Source of the DNA: a virus
Lineage: Duplodnaviria; Caudoviricetes
IMG/VR virus record: IMGVR_UViG_3300022555_000045
Coordinates: 10,080 to 74,079 of that record
Length of the DNA: 64,000 nt
Reading direction: 5' to 3' (one strand)
This document shows, in pieces, positions 9,164-18,719 of this stretch (position 1 is the stretch's first letter; each line of letters begins with the position of its first letter). The position numbers and the translations under genes are program-made. Under the pieces are notes generated by a model. It was given only the letters and a program-made list of their open reading frames with translations, was not told where the DNA came from and ran no database searches.

Positions 9164-9195
9164 GGTAGGTCTAGAGTCGAAACTCTAGACCTACC
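9164..9195 (+). terminator. Hairpin / terminator
   Basis: ggtaggtctagagt-cgaa-actctagacctacc perfect 14-bp stem. Confidence 0.65.
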
Positions 9196-9256
9196 GTCGT
9201 GTTCTGAATTAAAAATAACAATCTAATCTTTTGTTCTTTTTGTATAAGAGGGTATT

Positions 9257-12200
9257 ATGATGCTTAAGGGTCTTGGACAGTATCAAGTTACTTCAACCAA
9301 TAATGGAGTTAAGATGACCCCACGTGGAGGCTTAACTACCTCTGAACGTGGACTAGGTTCATCTATGTCCATGACCCGTAGGGAAGTTACTGCTGCAGCA
9401 ACTGGGACAAGTAACTGTGGGCCAGGAGCTTCTGGTGGGGGTGGGGGGTTTGGAATTTCTGGTGGGGGTGTTAACGCCAATTATATTCGTTCCGTAGTTG
9501 AGGATTTTATTCCTCTTGGAAATGCTGACGCTTACCGCCGAATCTACCGCGATATTTATTACCATCAACCGACTGCTGGGTCTGCTGTTGATCTGCTATC
9601 AACACTACCTTGGTCAGATTTCGTTTTAACAGGACTTCCGTCCGCTGATCTTCTTAAGCAATATGCAAAGTCCATTGAAAACCTTAAGATCAAAACTCTT
9701 CTCCCTGAGATGAGCATTGATTATCTGGTAATGGGCACTTTTATTGGTGTACTCAATTTTGATGCTGCTAGTAAAGTTTTCGTCTCTATTGCACCACAAG
9801 ATGTTGAATATTGTACTATTAACCCGGTAGGTGTGTACGGTGAGGACCCTATCATTGACCTTCGTCTACCTCCTGAGCTAATGGAAATGCTTGACAAGTC
9901 TAAAAAGGACCCTCGTTACGATTCTGTTAAAGCTAAGCTTCCAGGGTTCCTAATTAACAATGTTAAGAAAAACGGAGTTATTAAGCTAAACCCGTCTAAC
10001 GTTCTTTATTTACCTCGTAGGACTTTTTCCACGAGCACAGTAGGTGTGTCTTGTTATCGGCGTTTGGTCGGTCTTTATCTGTTGGAAAAGGCGCTTATGC
10101 GCGGATCGATAGAAGCAAGCTATCGTCGGCAACGAGGTATCCTGCACATTGAAGTCGGTGATAGTTTTGATTGGCAGCCTACTCGTGAAGAGCTAAGCAC
10201 TGTTACTCAGATGGTAATTAACGCAGATCTAGATCCAACAGGTGCGGTTATTGCAACTCGCTCTGGGGTCCAGTTCAATGAAGTACGTTGTTTAGGCGGT
10301 AACACTTATGTGCATACCGAAAACGGGTTGATAAAGATTAAAGACTTAGTACCACACAACCCCAAGAAGATGATCGAAGGCACTATGTTACCTTTAGACC
10401 TTCAAGTTAAAGGTATGACTGGTAACTTCGTTTTAGCGACTCATTGGCACTACCAAGGCGTCAAACCTGTTAATAACTACTATACTGATTCCAATATAAA
10501 ATTGACTTGTACCGAGGAGCATAAGTTTTTAACTGTAGGAGAGTACGGTCAACTTGAATCTGCCAAGATAAAGGATATTGTTAAAGATAATCGTTGGCTA
10601 TGTATTGATAAGGCGGGGTTAGACTACAATGAGGTTGGAAAAGACTTGGAACTGAACTTACGTTTTCCAGATATTAAAGCTAGGTTTTTGACTAGAACTA
10701 ACACTGATATAACTTTACCAAAGCGTATGACTCCGCAACTGGCCTATATAATTGGAATTCTCATCAGTGAAGGTTACATTAACAAGCGCGGAGCGTATGT
10801 CAATAATACAGACTTAGAGCTAATTGCTGCTTACAGTGAAGCTATTTTAGATACTTTTGGTATGGAAACTAAAATAGGCGAGGGTTCTCCTATAGGAGAA
10901 GAAGTTGTAATATTAGGTAGACAGCAGACGCGTAAAAAGAAAATCTATCAATGTCGCTTGCATGGTGTTATAGTAGTAGATATTCTAAAACAGTTAGGAT
11001 TGGTTAACACCGCTGAAGTTAACAATCGTGAGAAGTCTCCTTCTTACTATAAGAAGGTTCCTTGGAGTATAATGCAAGCAGACCGTGAATGCAAGATAGC
11101 CTTTTTAGCAGCTTACATAGAAGGTGACGGTTGTATTGGAAAGTCTCCAAACAAGACAAGTGGGACTAAAACGGTCGATATTCGCATAGCTAGTAGGTCG
11201 GTGTATACGCTAAATTCAATAAAAATATTGTTACAAAGTCTTGGGTTTTTATCTAATACCTGTTACGAACCTAGGTATGAGCTAAAATTAACAAGAGCTG
11301 AAGGTTCTAGGTTGTATAACTTAATGTATAAGTATTTGGTACTTCCTTATAAGAAACACCATGTTAAATGTGATGATGTTTCTATGGTAAGGTACGGAAT
11401 ACCAGCTAGCGTATTCGTTTCGGTGTTAAAAGAGCGTAAAATAAAGAGTGCTATAGGTGGGGTGTGGTTTAAAAACGACGAAGGCTCCTCTGTCTTTGTA
11501 GAAGGCCCTGTTGGTAATATTTTTAAACACTACACTGCTGTAAAAGAAGCTATATGCTTACGCTATGAGCGGTTAGACACGGGTGACTATACTAAAGAAT
11601 TATCTATTATTAGGCAGGTTAGTCCAAAACTCTACTTCAATATACTAAAGCTTGCCTCTCTCAAATACAAGTTTGAGAAGGTTGTTAAAGTAACTAAAGC
11701 CAAAGATCAACCAACTTATGATCTTACAATAAATTCTGACTCTGCTCCACTATTTCTTATTGCTGGTGGCGTAGTAACTCATAACTCCGGCTCGGATTTC
11801 TGGAAAATCAGCGATATGAACGAGTTTTTAAATAGTTCATATTTGCGAGCATTAGGGTTAAGCGAGTCTTTACTCTCTGCGGAATCCTCCATTTCGACCT
11901 CTGAAGCTTCCATAAGTTCGTTCCTTGAGAGCCAAAGGGCGTACCGCGATTTGGTAGTACGTAAAGTCTTCACTAACCGGATATTCCCAGCTATTGCCGT
12001 ATCGAACTCATTCCTACGTACTAAAGCGGAAGAACGTAAGGAAGTAGCAGGATCATTAAATCATAATCCAGTAATGATTGACGGTAGGTACCGTGAAGTA
12101 CTGGCCTCAAACGGTGAGAAGTCCTACGAGGTAACGTGCGACGGTGAGATTAAATCTTATCAAAATGAAGACTTGACTCAGTATTATATGCCGCGTATAC

Positions 12201-12718
12201 AATGGCATAAACACCTTAAGCCTGAAGGTGACCGTGATTATCTGGACATGTTGAACGGCTTAGAGGATAAAGGTCTACCTATCCCACTTCGTATGTTAGC
12301 CGCTGCTGGTGGTGTGTCGTTAACAGAAGTAATGACTTCACTAGACGAAGATGTGAGGATACGCCAGCAAGTTGACAAGTATTTCAAAGCTCGGCCTAAA
12401 ACCCCCAAAGAACAAGCCGACGCGGCACAAGCAGGTGGTTCCGGTGGTGGTATGGGTGGTGGGTTAGGTGCTCTAGCCTCACTAGTTGAGCCCCCAGGGA
12501 ACTTCAAGAAGAACCGTAACTTCGAATCAATTGAGATGCGTGACCCTGACACTGGTAAAGTCCTCAGTAAAAAAGGCCGCAAAGTTCAAGAAGAGAAGTT
12601 AATCAAAAAGGCAGCTCTAGTCCTATCTAACGTAGCTCGTAAAGAGAACCACAAGATTAAAACTGACGAAACTATCAAACCTGTCGGTGAAGGTGTCTAC
12701 GGCGTTAGCGAGTCTTAG
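9257..12718 (+). CDS. Portal protein containing an intein
   Basis: Located downstream of terL. Motifs YRDIYYHQPTAGSAVDL, RRQRGILHIEVG and WKISDMNEFLNSSYLRALG give a portal wing/stem/clip pattern once the intein is removed. Confidence 0.85.
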   Translation: MMLKGLGQYQVTSTNNGVKMTPRGGLTTSERGLGSSMSMTRREVTAAATGTSNCGPGASGGGGGFGISGGGVNANYIRSVVEDFIPLGNADAYRRIYRDIYYHQPTAGSAVDLLSTLPWSDFVLTGLPSADLLKQYAKSIENLKIKTLLPEMSIDYLVMGTFIGVLNFDAASKVFVSIAPQDVEYCTINPVGVYGEDPIIDLRLPPELMEMLDKSKKDPRYDSVKAKLPGFLINNVKKNGVIKLNPSNVLYLPRRTFSTSTVGVSCYRRLVGLYLLEKALMRGSIEASYRRQRGILHIEVGDSFDWQPTREELSTVTQMVINADLDPTGAVIATRSGVQFNEVRCLGGNTYVHTENGLIKIKDLVPHNPKKMIEGTMLPLDLQVKGMTGNFVLATHWHYQGVKPVNNYYTDSNIKLTCTEEHKFLTVGEYGQLESAKIKDIVKDNRWLCIDKAGLDYNEVGKDLELNLRFPDIKARFLTRTNTDITLPKRMTPQLAYIIGILISEGYINKRGAYVNNTDLELIAAYSEAILDTFGMETKIGEGSPIGEEVVILGRQQTRKKKIYQCRLHGVIVVDILKQLGLVNTAEVNNREKSPSYYKKVPWSIMQADRECKIAFLAAYIEGDGCIGKSPNKTSGTKTVDIRIASRSVYTLNSIKILLQSLGFLSNTCYEPRYELKLTRAEGSRLYNLMYKYLVLPYKKHHVKCDDVSMVRYGIPASVFVSVLKERKIKSAIGGVWFKNDEGSSVFVEGPVGNIFKHYTAVKEAICLRYERLDTGDYTKELSIIRQVSPKLYFNILKLASLKYKFEKVVKVTKAKDQPTYDLTINSDSAPLFLIAGGVVTHNSGSDFWKISDMNEFLNSSYLRALGLSESLLSAESSISTSEASISSFLESQRAYRDLVVRKVFTNRIFPAIAVSNSFLRTKAEERKEVAGSLNHNPVMIDGRYREVLASNGEKSYEVTCDGEIKSYQNEDLTQYYMPRIQWHKHLKPEGDRDYLDMLNGLEDKGLPIPLRMLAAAGGVSLTEVMTSLDEDVRIRQQVDKYFKARPKTPKEQADAAQAGGSGGGMGGGLGALASLVEPPGNFKKNRNFESIEMRDPDTGKVLSKKGRKVQEEKLIKKAALVLSNVARKENHKIKTDETIKPVGEGVYGVSES
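10289..11785 (+). mobile_element. Intein (499 aa) with LAGLIDADG endonuclease in portal
   Basis: Block A CLGGNTYVHTENG, block B CTEEHKF, motifs IIGILISEG and FLAAYIEGDG, ending TYDLTINS...GGVVTHN followed by +1 Ser. Confidence 0.92.
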
Positions 12719-12729
12719 ACCGTAGTAAA

Positions 12730-12763
12730 AGGTGGTGGGGTTGCTAGTTAAACCCTACCACCT
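12730..12763 (+). terminator. Terminator-like hairpin
   Basis: aggtggtgggg...accctaccacct inverted repeat after the portal stop. Confidence 0.55.
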
Positions 12764-12795
12764 GAATACAGTTCACACCTAAAAGGTTTATTATT

Positions 12796-13608
12796 ATGTC
12801 CATTTTAGATGAGCTTGACCGCTATCTCGCTACTGCTAACGCAACCACGTTCCGTTGGAATTTTTCAGCCATAAATGCTATTAAGGTAAATAAGGCACCT
12901 CCTCCTAATCAATACTATGTAATAATTGCTACATATGCTAGTGATAACTTTTATTATCTTGTAATAAAGTTAGAATTACTACCGATAAAGGATAAACCTT
13001 ACAAAAATTTTGGTTACTTGTTGTCAGTAAAACCTGAAGGCTGTCCTATGATTGATATTAACGATGCTTTTACTCCTGAAGGTTTAGCTTTAAAGAATAA
13101 ATACATGCCTCATTCAGGAGATAGAGAGCAGGTTAAAGACACTTTAGTAAGTGTAGTAAAGCCTACTTTGGAGTTGGGTGGTAATCCGCCTCACGTAGTT
13201 CGTGAACCAATGACCGAAGCAAAACTTAATAGTGAGCGGTATCAAAAAATTACTGATGAGTTTTTGAAATTAGGGTATTCTTTTGAAAAAGTTATAGGCG
13301 ATGACGGAAAACTCTACTTTCATCATAAGTTAAAAGGATTCTCCGAGGCATCTCTTTCTTCAGAAGTTGAGGCTACTTATATTGAAGGAAGCACCAGTTT
13401 TGCTGAGCTTACTATTATGCGGAATCTCAATAACTACCTGTCTGAACACGGCGAGACTCTACGTAAACTTAATAATGATCTGTTTAACCACTATATGGAT
13501 CATGCTGAAATTGTAAGGCTACCTGACGGGAACATAGGACTATTAAGCTCTATATCCGGTGAGATTTTAGAAGTCCTTACAAACGCGCCAATAGTCCCTC
13601 CTACTTAA
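12796..13608 (+). CDS. Hypothetical protein (possible internal head protein)
   Basis: 270-aa ORF with SD aaagg in the head module; contains SEVEAT. Confidence 0.65.
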   Translation: MSILDELDRYLATANATTFRWNFSAINAIKVNKAPPPNQYYVIIATYASDNFYYLVIKLELLPIKDKPYKNFGYLLSVKPEGCPMIDINDAFTPEGLALKNKYMPHSGDREQVKDTLVSVVKPTLELGGNPPHVVREPMTEAKLNSERYQKITDEFLKLGYSFEKVIGDDGKLYFHHKLKGFSEASLSSEVEATYIEGSTSFAELTIMRNLNNYLSEHGETLRKLNNDLFNHYMDHAEIVRLPDGNIGLLSSISGEILEVLTNAPIVPPT

Positions 13609-13624
13609 TAAGGAACAATAACCG

Positions 13625-13939
13625 ATGTCTTCTAACATTATCATTGCTACAGACGAAACTTTTGAATCAATCGTTACCTCTGGCAACTACTTAGTTGACT
13701 TCTACTCACAACAGTGCCAACCTTGTAAGCAAATGGATCGTATATTACAGTCTTTGACAATTTCAAACCTAACAGTTGTCAAGGTTGACGTAAGTGCTAA
13801 TCCAATCATAACGTCTAAACATCACGTGCGTGGTGTACCTACCTTTATTCTATATAAAGACGGTATTATTCAAGACACTAAAAGTGGTTCTATCCCTCAG
13901 AGCCAGTTTATAAAGTGGTTAGAGGAATCTTTAGTTTAG
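13625..13939 (+). CDS. trxA: Thioredoxin
   Basis: LVDFYSQQCQPCKQM (CxxC), VVKVDV, VRGVPTFILYKDG (cis-Pro motif), 104 aa. Confidence 0.92.
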   Translation: MSSNIIIATDETFESIVTSGNYLVDFYSQQCQPCKQMDRILQSLTISNLTVVKVDVSANPIITSKHHVRGVPTFILYKDGIIQDTKSGSIPQSQFIKWLEESLV

Positions 13940-13964
13940 GAATTTTAAACCAGGACACCAAGCA

Positions 13965-15080
13965 ATGACGTTCACATTAGAGGACTTCACCAATATCAAT
14001 GCTAAACTAAAACAGATTCGTGCCTGCAATCAGCAGTTACTAGATGATGCTACCGTTACAGAGTCTGCCAACGAGGACCAAGGCGTAAAGGGTCTGTTTG
14101 GTTTAACTAAGAAAGCTAAACCTCCGGCTCACCATACCGAACATCACGTTTCACACTCTAAGCCTAAACTAGTTAACGCCCCTACACCACACTTTGATAA
14201 AGATGCTAGGTACGTTCAGCACCCTGAAGGTAAACTTCAACGGTACGGTTATCATGTTTACATTCATCCGGAAACTGATGGTACTCACAAAGTAACGGCG
14301 GGACGTAATAATACCTTAATGGCTAACGGTTTGTCGTTAGAGGACGCCAAGAAAGCTGCTGAACACGTTGTACGTCACATTGACCGCACGTCTGGTGTAG
14401 AGGTCAAGAAAGTAGCGGCGGCAACAATCAACGAGTACATTGACTCACCTGTCCTTACTACTATCATTGAGTCTAACACTGTACCTCAAGAAGTTAAAGC
14501 CTCTGGTGAAATTTACCTAGAAAAAGAACAAGTACCACCCCAACTTCGTGGGTCGTACACAGGTTCTAAGTTCAAGGTTAAAGTTACTGACTCAATGAGT
14601 ATTCCTATTGACGCGGGTCTGTGGTCCTCCGGTAGCAAAGATACTTACTTGATTATTAGGTTAGCTGACGGTAAAGCAATTTCTCCTCCCGGACAGTCGT
14701 CATCTCCGTTTTCCGGTACTCGCCAAGAGGTCCCTGTCAAATTGGAACCTGGAATTGCTGTAGTTGAGCATACTATCTTCCGTGGCAAAGACTTAGGTTT
14801 AACTTTCTACGTTCATCCCAGCGATGTTGCCAAGTTACTTCCCGACAACTCAACTAACGATCTATCAGATGATGAAAAGTTAGTGCTACACTGTATTAAG
14901 TCATTTACCTCTAGTTACCGTAAACAAGAGTTTTCTAGACTTTCCAACAAGAGTGAGAAGGTCTGGAACAACCTACTTGACGACTTGAAAGCCAAAGGTC
15001 TAGTTGCTAAAAACGGTTCCATCACTATGTCTGGTAAAAACGCTATTATTAACTACCATCCACCGCTACAATACACCTGA
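13965..15080 (+). CDS. Hypothetical multidomain protein (possible internal head protein)
   Basis: 371 aa; N-terminal TLEDFTNINAKLKQIRA is shared with the 15905 ORF; contains VAAA and VKAS motifs. Confidence 0.7.
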   Translation: MTFTLEDFTNINAKLKQIRACNQQLLDDATVTESANEDQGVKGLFGLTKKAKPPAHHTEHHVSHSKPKLVNAPTPHFDKDARYVQHPEGKLQRYGYHVYIHPETDGTHKVTAGRNNTLMANGLSLEDAKKAAEHVVRHIDRTSGVEVKKVAAATINEYIDSPVLTTIIESNTVPQEVKASGEIYLEKEQVPPQLRGSYTGSKFKVKVTDSMSIPIDAGLWSSGSKDTYLIIRLADGKAISPPGQSSSPFSGTRQEVPVKLEPGIAVVEHTIFRGKDLGLTFYVHPSDVAKLLPDNSTNDLSDDEKLVLHCIKSFTSSYRKQEFSRLSNKSEKVWNNLLDDLKAKGLVAKNGSITMSGKNAIINYHPPLQYT

Positions 15081-15115
15081 GCTTTAAGTCTTCTTCAAAC
15101 AGAGGTACGTTAAAA

Positions 15116-15496
15116 ATGGTCCATTTTGTCAAACAGACTAAACTGTACAATCCACCGGATGCTCCAGGAGGGTTGAAACACGGTAATTGTCAACGGGCAG
15201 CTATAGCTTGTTTGTTAGACTTGGCTATTGATGACATACCGCCGTTTGAAGAAGCAAAAACTACAGCTGAGTTCTGGGAACAAGTTGAAGAGTGGTTGTT
15301 TGATCGACGGCTACAAATAAAATACTACTTGCCACATAAACCGCCTGATGGTTATTCTATTGCTTGTGGGAAAAGTTCCCGTGGAGTTAACCACGCTGTT
15401 ATAGCCTTGGATGGTAATGTAATTTGGGATACTCATCCCAGTGATGAAGGTTTGTTGAGCATTATTCGCTACGAGGCGATTGTTCCTATTGAGTAG
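15116..15496 (+). CDS. Papain/C39-like fold protein (putative)
   Basis: GNCQRAAIACLL ... NHAVIA ... VIWDTHP gives a Cys-His-Asp arrangement typical of C39-like phage proteins. Confidence 0.5.
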   Translation: MVHFVKQTKLYNPPDAPGGLKHGNCQRAAIACLLDLAIDDIPPFEEAKTTAEFWEQVEEWLFDRRLQIKYYLPHKPPDGYSIACGKSSRGVNHAVIALDGNVIWDTHPSDEGLLSIIRYEAIVPIE

Positions 15497-15506
15497 GTCC
15501 TAAACT

Positions 15507-15812
15507 GTGAGTAACGCTTTTTATCACAAAGGTTTAACCGTGGAATGTTACCTTAATTTAGTTAAACCTTTAAGAAAATCTTGGCCTAATGTGTTTTACT
15601 CTCCTATAGAGTTTATTGATTCGATAACTGGACTGCGGTTAAGACTTATCAACATACCTGAAGCCGTTTTAGACTATAGTCATTATGAGCCAACGGTTAA
15701 TCTATTAACCCTCTATCATAACTATGAACCTATGATAGAAAAGCGTAGACTAACTCGAGGTAAAATTCTTATGATAGAACGACTCATTAGAGAACACTTG
15801 CAAATCAGTTAG
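15507..15812 (+). CDS. Hypothetical protein
   Basis: 101-aa ORF with GTG start, co-oriented and closely packed. Confidence 0.55.
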   Translation: MSNAFYHKGLTVECYLNLVKPLRKSWPNVFYSPIEFIDSITGLRLRLINIPEAVLDYSHYEPTVNLLTLYHNYEPMIEKRRLTRGKILMIERLIREHLQIS

Positions 15813-15904
15813 GTCCTAGATTATGATCAAAGACATGACAATAATCATATTGTTATCAGGATTGTTCCGCCTATCATATTGTCTGTTTGGTTAGGAGATA
15901 TATT

Positions 15905-16960
15905 GTGACTACTACGTTAGAAGATTTTCACCGAATTAACTCTGCTTTGAAAGAAATACGTGCTAGCAATATACAACAGCGACTAGTTAACTTACACCAA
16001 CGTCGGACTGGTTGCGAGATTGATACTTGTGATGGTCAACTTTGTGGTGTAGTTGAATCGTACCAACTTCGTTCATCTACTCAGGACTCTATTAACAAAT
16101 ACGATCTAAAACGGCTAACCAAAGCGTTCTTAAACCATTCAGAGCTTAGTCAGTTTAAAGATCATCCAGACTGCCTTAAGATTGAAGAAGTTGAACCTGG
16201 CTATATTGATCTAAAGCTAACTAACTTTCCAGGATTAAAAACCAACGTTTTGCACCAGAGGCTCTTTCGTACTCTAGAGCTACCTAATATCAAACTAACT
16301 CACGGGCATATTTCATCAGGCGGTCCAGAGGGTATAGTTGTCCGTTACGGCTACACCTTCTTGAATGATATGTTAGACGAACCGGTTACGGCCAACACCA
16401 AGGATGGTCCCGGAGAACACTTTACCAAAACTGAAGCCTACAAAGAAGCCTATAAATCTCAAATAGGCCGTTCCTGGAACTCAACCGAAGGTAAGAAGAC
16501 TATTACTGATGTTACGGTAATTGAAGGTAAGCCTAGGTTAGTAGTTTCTGTGGAAGGCTCTAGGATTAAGACATTCTATCCACCAGAAGAAATTGAACGT
16601 ACTATTCTAGTGGACGAAAACTGGTACTCTCACGATATTAAATCTAAGCAAGCTAAACTTGAACAAGACTCATTGACTAAACAAGCTAAGGCTAAGAAAC
16701 AAAACCTCAACGGTTTCATCACTAATATGCCTGCTATTAAGCAGCGTAAGGTGGAAGAGGTTTTAGACACATTGGTTCGGTATAAGGGTGTACCGATTAC
16801 CCGCCGTGAGTTGATTGAGCGTAAAGTTAAGGAAGGTTGGACTATAGAACAGCACAAAACTGGACGCCGTTTCAATAGCCCTGACGGCTATTTCCAGGAC
16901 GAGAAAATGCTCACAAAGACTGGCATGGATTATGCCGAGTTTCTGTTGAATCACAGGTAA
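15905..16960 (+). CDS. Hypothetical multidomain protein (possible internal head protein)
   Basis: GTG at 15905 after SD aggaga. N-terminal TLEDFHRINSALKEIRA; the C-terminal half is paralogous to 16966..17523. Confidence 0.7.
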   Translation: MTTTLEDFHRINSALKEIRASNIQQRLVNLHQRRTGCEIDTCDGQLCGVVESYQLRSSTQDSINKYDLKRLTKAFLNHSELSQFKDHPDCLKIEEVEPGYIDLKLTNFPGLKTNVLHQRLFRTLELPNIKLTHGHISSGGPEGIVVRYGYTFLNDMLDEPVTANTKDGPGEHFTKTEAYKEAYKSQIGRSWNSTEGKKTITDVTVIEGKPRLVVSVEGSRIKTFYPPEEIERTILVDENWYSHDIKSKQAKLEQDSLTKQAKAKKQNLNGFITNMPAIKQRKVEEVLDTLVRYKGVPITRRELIERKVKEGWTIEQHKTGRRFNSPDGYFQDEKMLTKTGMDYAEFLLNHR

Positions 16961-16965
16961 CGAAA

Positions 16966-17523
16966 ATGGACAACTCAACCAGTAAAGACGTGCTTGCCAC
17001 CAAAAACGTACTTAGCAGTATCGATTCTTATCTAAAACAGTACAATGTTTCGGCTAATACACCATTTGACCGGTATCTTGGCAAGACTTGGTCATCAAAT
17101 AGAGGCAGTAGGACAGTAGTAGGGGTTAAGTCTCACAAAGGTGAGCTTTGTTTACAAGTCGCTACAAATAACTCTATTGAGTTTATACGTCCTGTTGACC
17201 TTGATATGGTAATTAAGCTGGATTCTGAGAACTTAGTAGAGAAACCTCATGAACCAGCATTTAAAGGAATATCTAATTTTCTTAGTAAGCTGACTCCTGA
17301 TAAGCGAGCCATAGTAAAAAAGATGCTTAATGAAGTAATTAAGTTTAAAGAGCATACAATTACTAGGCAAGATTTGATCGAACAGCTAGTTTTGAGTCAC
17401 GGTTACTCGGTTAAAAAGTTTGGACAAGACTCTTTAGTCCTAGTAAACCCTGAATTACAGTCATTGGAAGAGTCCCTGACTCCTGTCGGACTGTATTATG
17501 CGTACTATTTGCACTCCACCTAA
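16966..17523 (+). CDS. Hypothetical protein, paralog of the C-terminal half of the 15905 ORF
   Basis: LGKTWSSNRGSRTV vs IGRSWNSTEGKKTI; ITRQDLIE vs ITRRELIE; LTPVGLYYAYYL vs LTKTGMDYAEFL. Confidence 0.7.
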   Translation: MDNSTSKDVLATKNVLSSIDSYLKQYNVSANTPFDRYLGKTWSSNRGSRTVVGVKSHKGELCLQVATNNSIEFIRPVDLDMVIKLDSENLVEKPHEPAFKGISNFLSKLTPDKRAIVKKMLNEVIKFKEHTITRQDLIEQLVLSHGYSVKKFGQDSLVLVNPELQSLEESLTPVGLYYAYYLHST

Positions 17524-17558
17524 CCACTCCTAACCTACCCAAGAAGGAAAAAGTTAAA

Positions 17559-17816
17559 ATGGCTTCTGTTCCCGTTCTCGACCTTACCGCTGATAAGGTT
17601 TCCTATGGCAATGACGACAGCACTCCTGGTGCAACTGCTACTATGTCTGGTGACAAGCCTAAGCAGGAAGCGTCAGGTGTTATCCCAGGCTCTGATATTA
17701 AAGTGATGGTTGACCCGTCCGGTCGTGTCCACATGTTCAACGCCTTTACTGGCAAGCCGATTGAAGTAAACAACGGTGGTGGTCAGATGCCGCCTGGATT
17801 CAAGATGCCTAAGTAA
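17559..17816 (+). CDS. Small hypothetical protein
   Basis: SD aaggaa; 85 aa; followed by a terminator. Confidence 0.7.
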   Translation: MASVPVLDLTADKVSYGNDDSTPGATATMSGDKPKQEASGVIPGSDIKVMVDPSGRVHMFNAFTGKPIEVNNGGGQMPPGFKMPK

Positions 17817-17823
17817 CAATTTG

Positions 17824-17868
17824 TACAGGGTGGGTTATATACGCTAATAGTATATAACCCACCCTGTA
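17824..17868 (+). terminator. Terminator hairpin
   Basis: tacagggtgggttatatac-gctaata-gtatataacccaccctgta, a 19-bp perfect stem. Confidence 0.7.
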
Positions 17869-17905
17869 TTTGATAGATAATTGTATCAAAGAGGAGTGAC
17901 TTGTA

Positions 17906-18670
17906 ATGTTTGAAGTTCTTGGCGATTGTATGTCAGTGTCTAATAATCATGTTATTGAAGGATATTCGTTAGAAGAACAAAAACACCGTGTAGTAGCAGC
18001 TTACGATTCGCCCAAGGCGATTAGTGATATGCGTAACGTGCTTGACATGTCAACTTCTTGGTTAGAGCCAGTTTCTGAGAAGTATAAGATCAGTTCTAAC
18101 ATTAAGGATTACATTTTCGTACCAGTGGTGATATTCTCAACTAATTTACCTAACCGTAACGGTGTAGGTTTTCCAGTTGAACCTTTATTAGAGTTTAATC
18201 CTGAGACTGGTTGTTTAGGTTACGAATCATGGAAGCGTAAGTGTCTCCACGTGGAACATGATAATAAAGATATCACTAAGTCTAAAGGTACAATTTTTGA
18301 TTCTCGTATTTTCCCTATGCGTAACGCTAAAGGAAATCTGTTCAAAGTTGTACTTCTCACGGGCTGGGACCGTAGTAAAGACCCAGTTTTGGCAAACCAG
18401 ATACTATCTGGAGAGCGAACAAATTACTCAATGGGTTCTTGGTCTAGTGATTTTACCTGTTCAGTTTGTGGTAGTGCTTTTTCCAAGAACCAAAACGGGT
18501 GTGGTCACCTTTTCGTGTTAGGAAAAGAACCTCCCAAAATGCAAGAAGTTAACGGGCAGTTGGCTTTTTGGAAAGTTACATCAGTTCTCGGCTTCGAATG
18601 CTCTAGCGTCCGCGTTGGTGCCTATAGCTTGTTCAGTGAGACCCCAACTGACCGAATCTTCCAATATTGA
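17906..18670 (+). CDS. Prohead protease (with C-terminal Zn finger)
   Basis: NRNGVGF, HVEHDN, YSMGS, CSVCG...CGH and GFECSSV follow the herpes-fold prohead protease pattern; it lies upstream of scaffold and capsid. Confidence 0.75.
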   Translation: MFEVLGDCMSVSNNHVIEGYSLEEQKHRVVAAYDSPKAISDMRNVLDMSTSWLEPVSEKYKISSNIKDYIFVPVVIFSTNLPNRNGVGFPVEPLLEFNPETGCLGYESWKRKCLHVEHDNKDITKSKGTIFDSRIFPMRNAKGNLFKVVLLTGWDRSKDPVLANQILSGERTNYSMGSWSSDFTCSVCGSAFSKNQNGCGHLFVLGKEPPKMQEVNGQLAFWKVTSVLGFECSSVRVGAYSLFSETPTDRIFQY

Positions 18671-18719
18671 GATTTGTGAGAGTTGGTAACGTTTAATAAA
18701 AAAGTAAGGAAACTGAATC

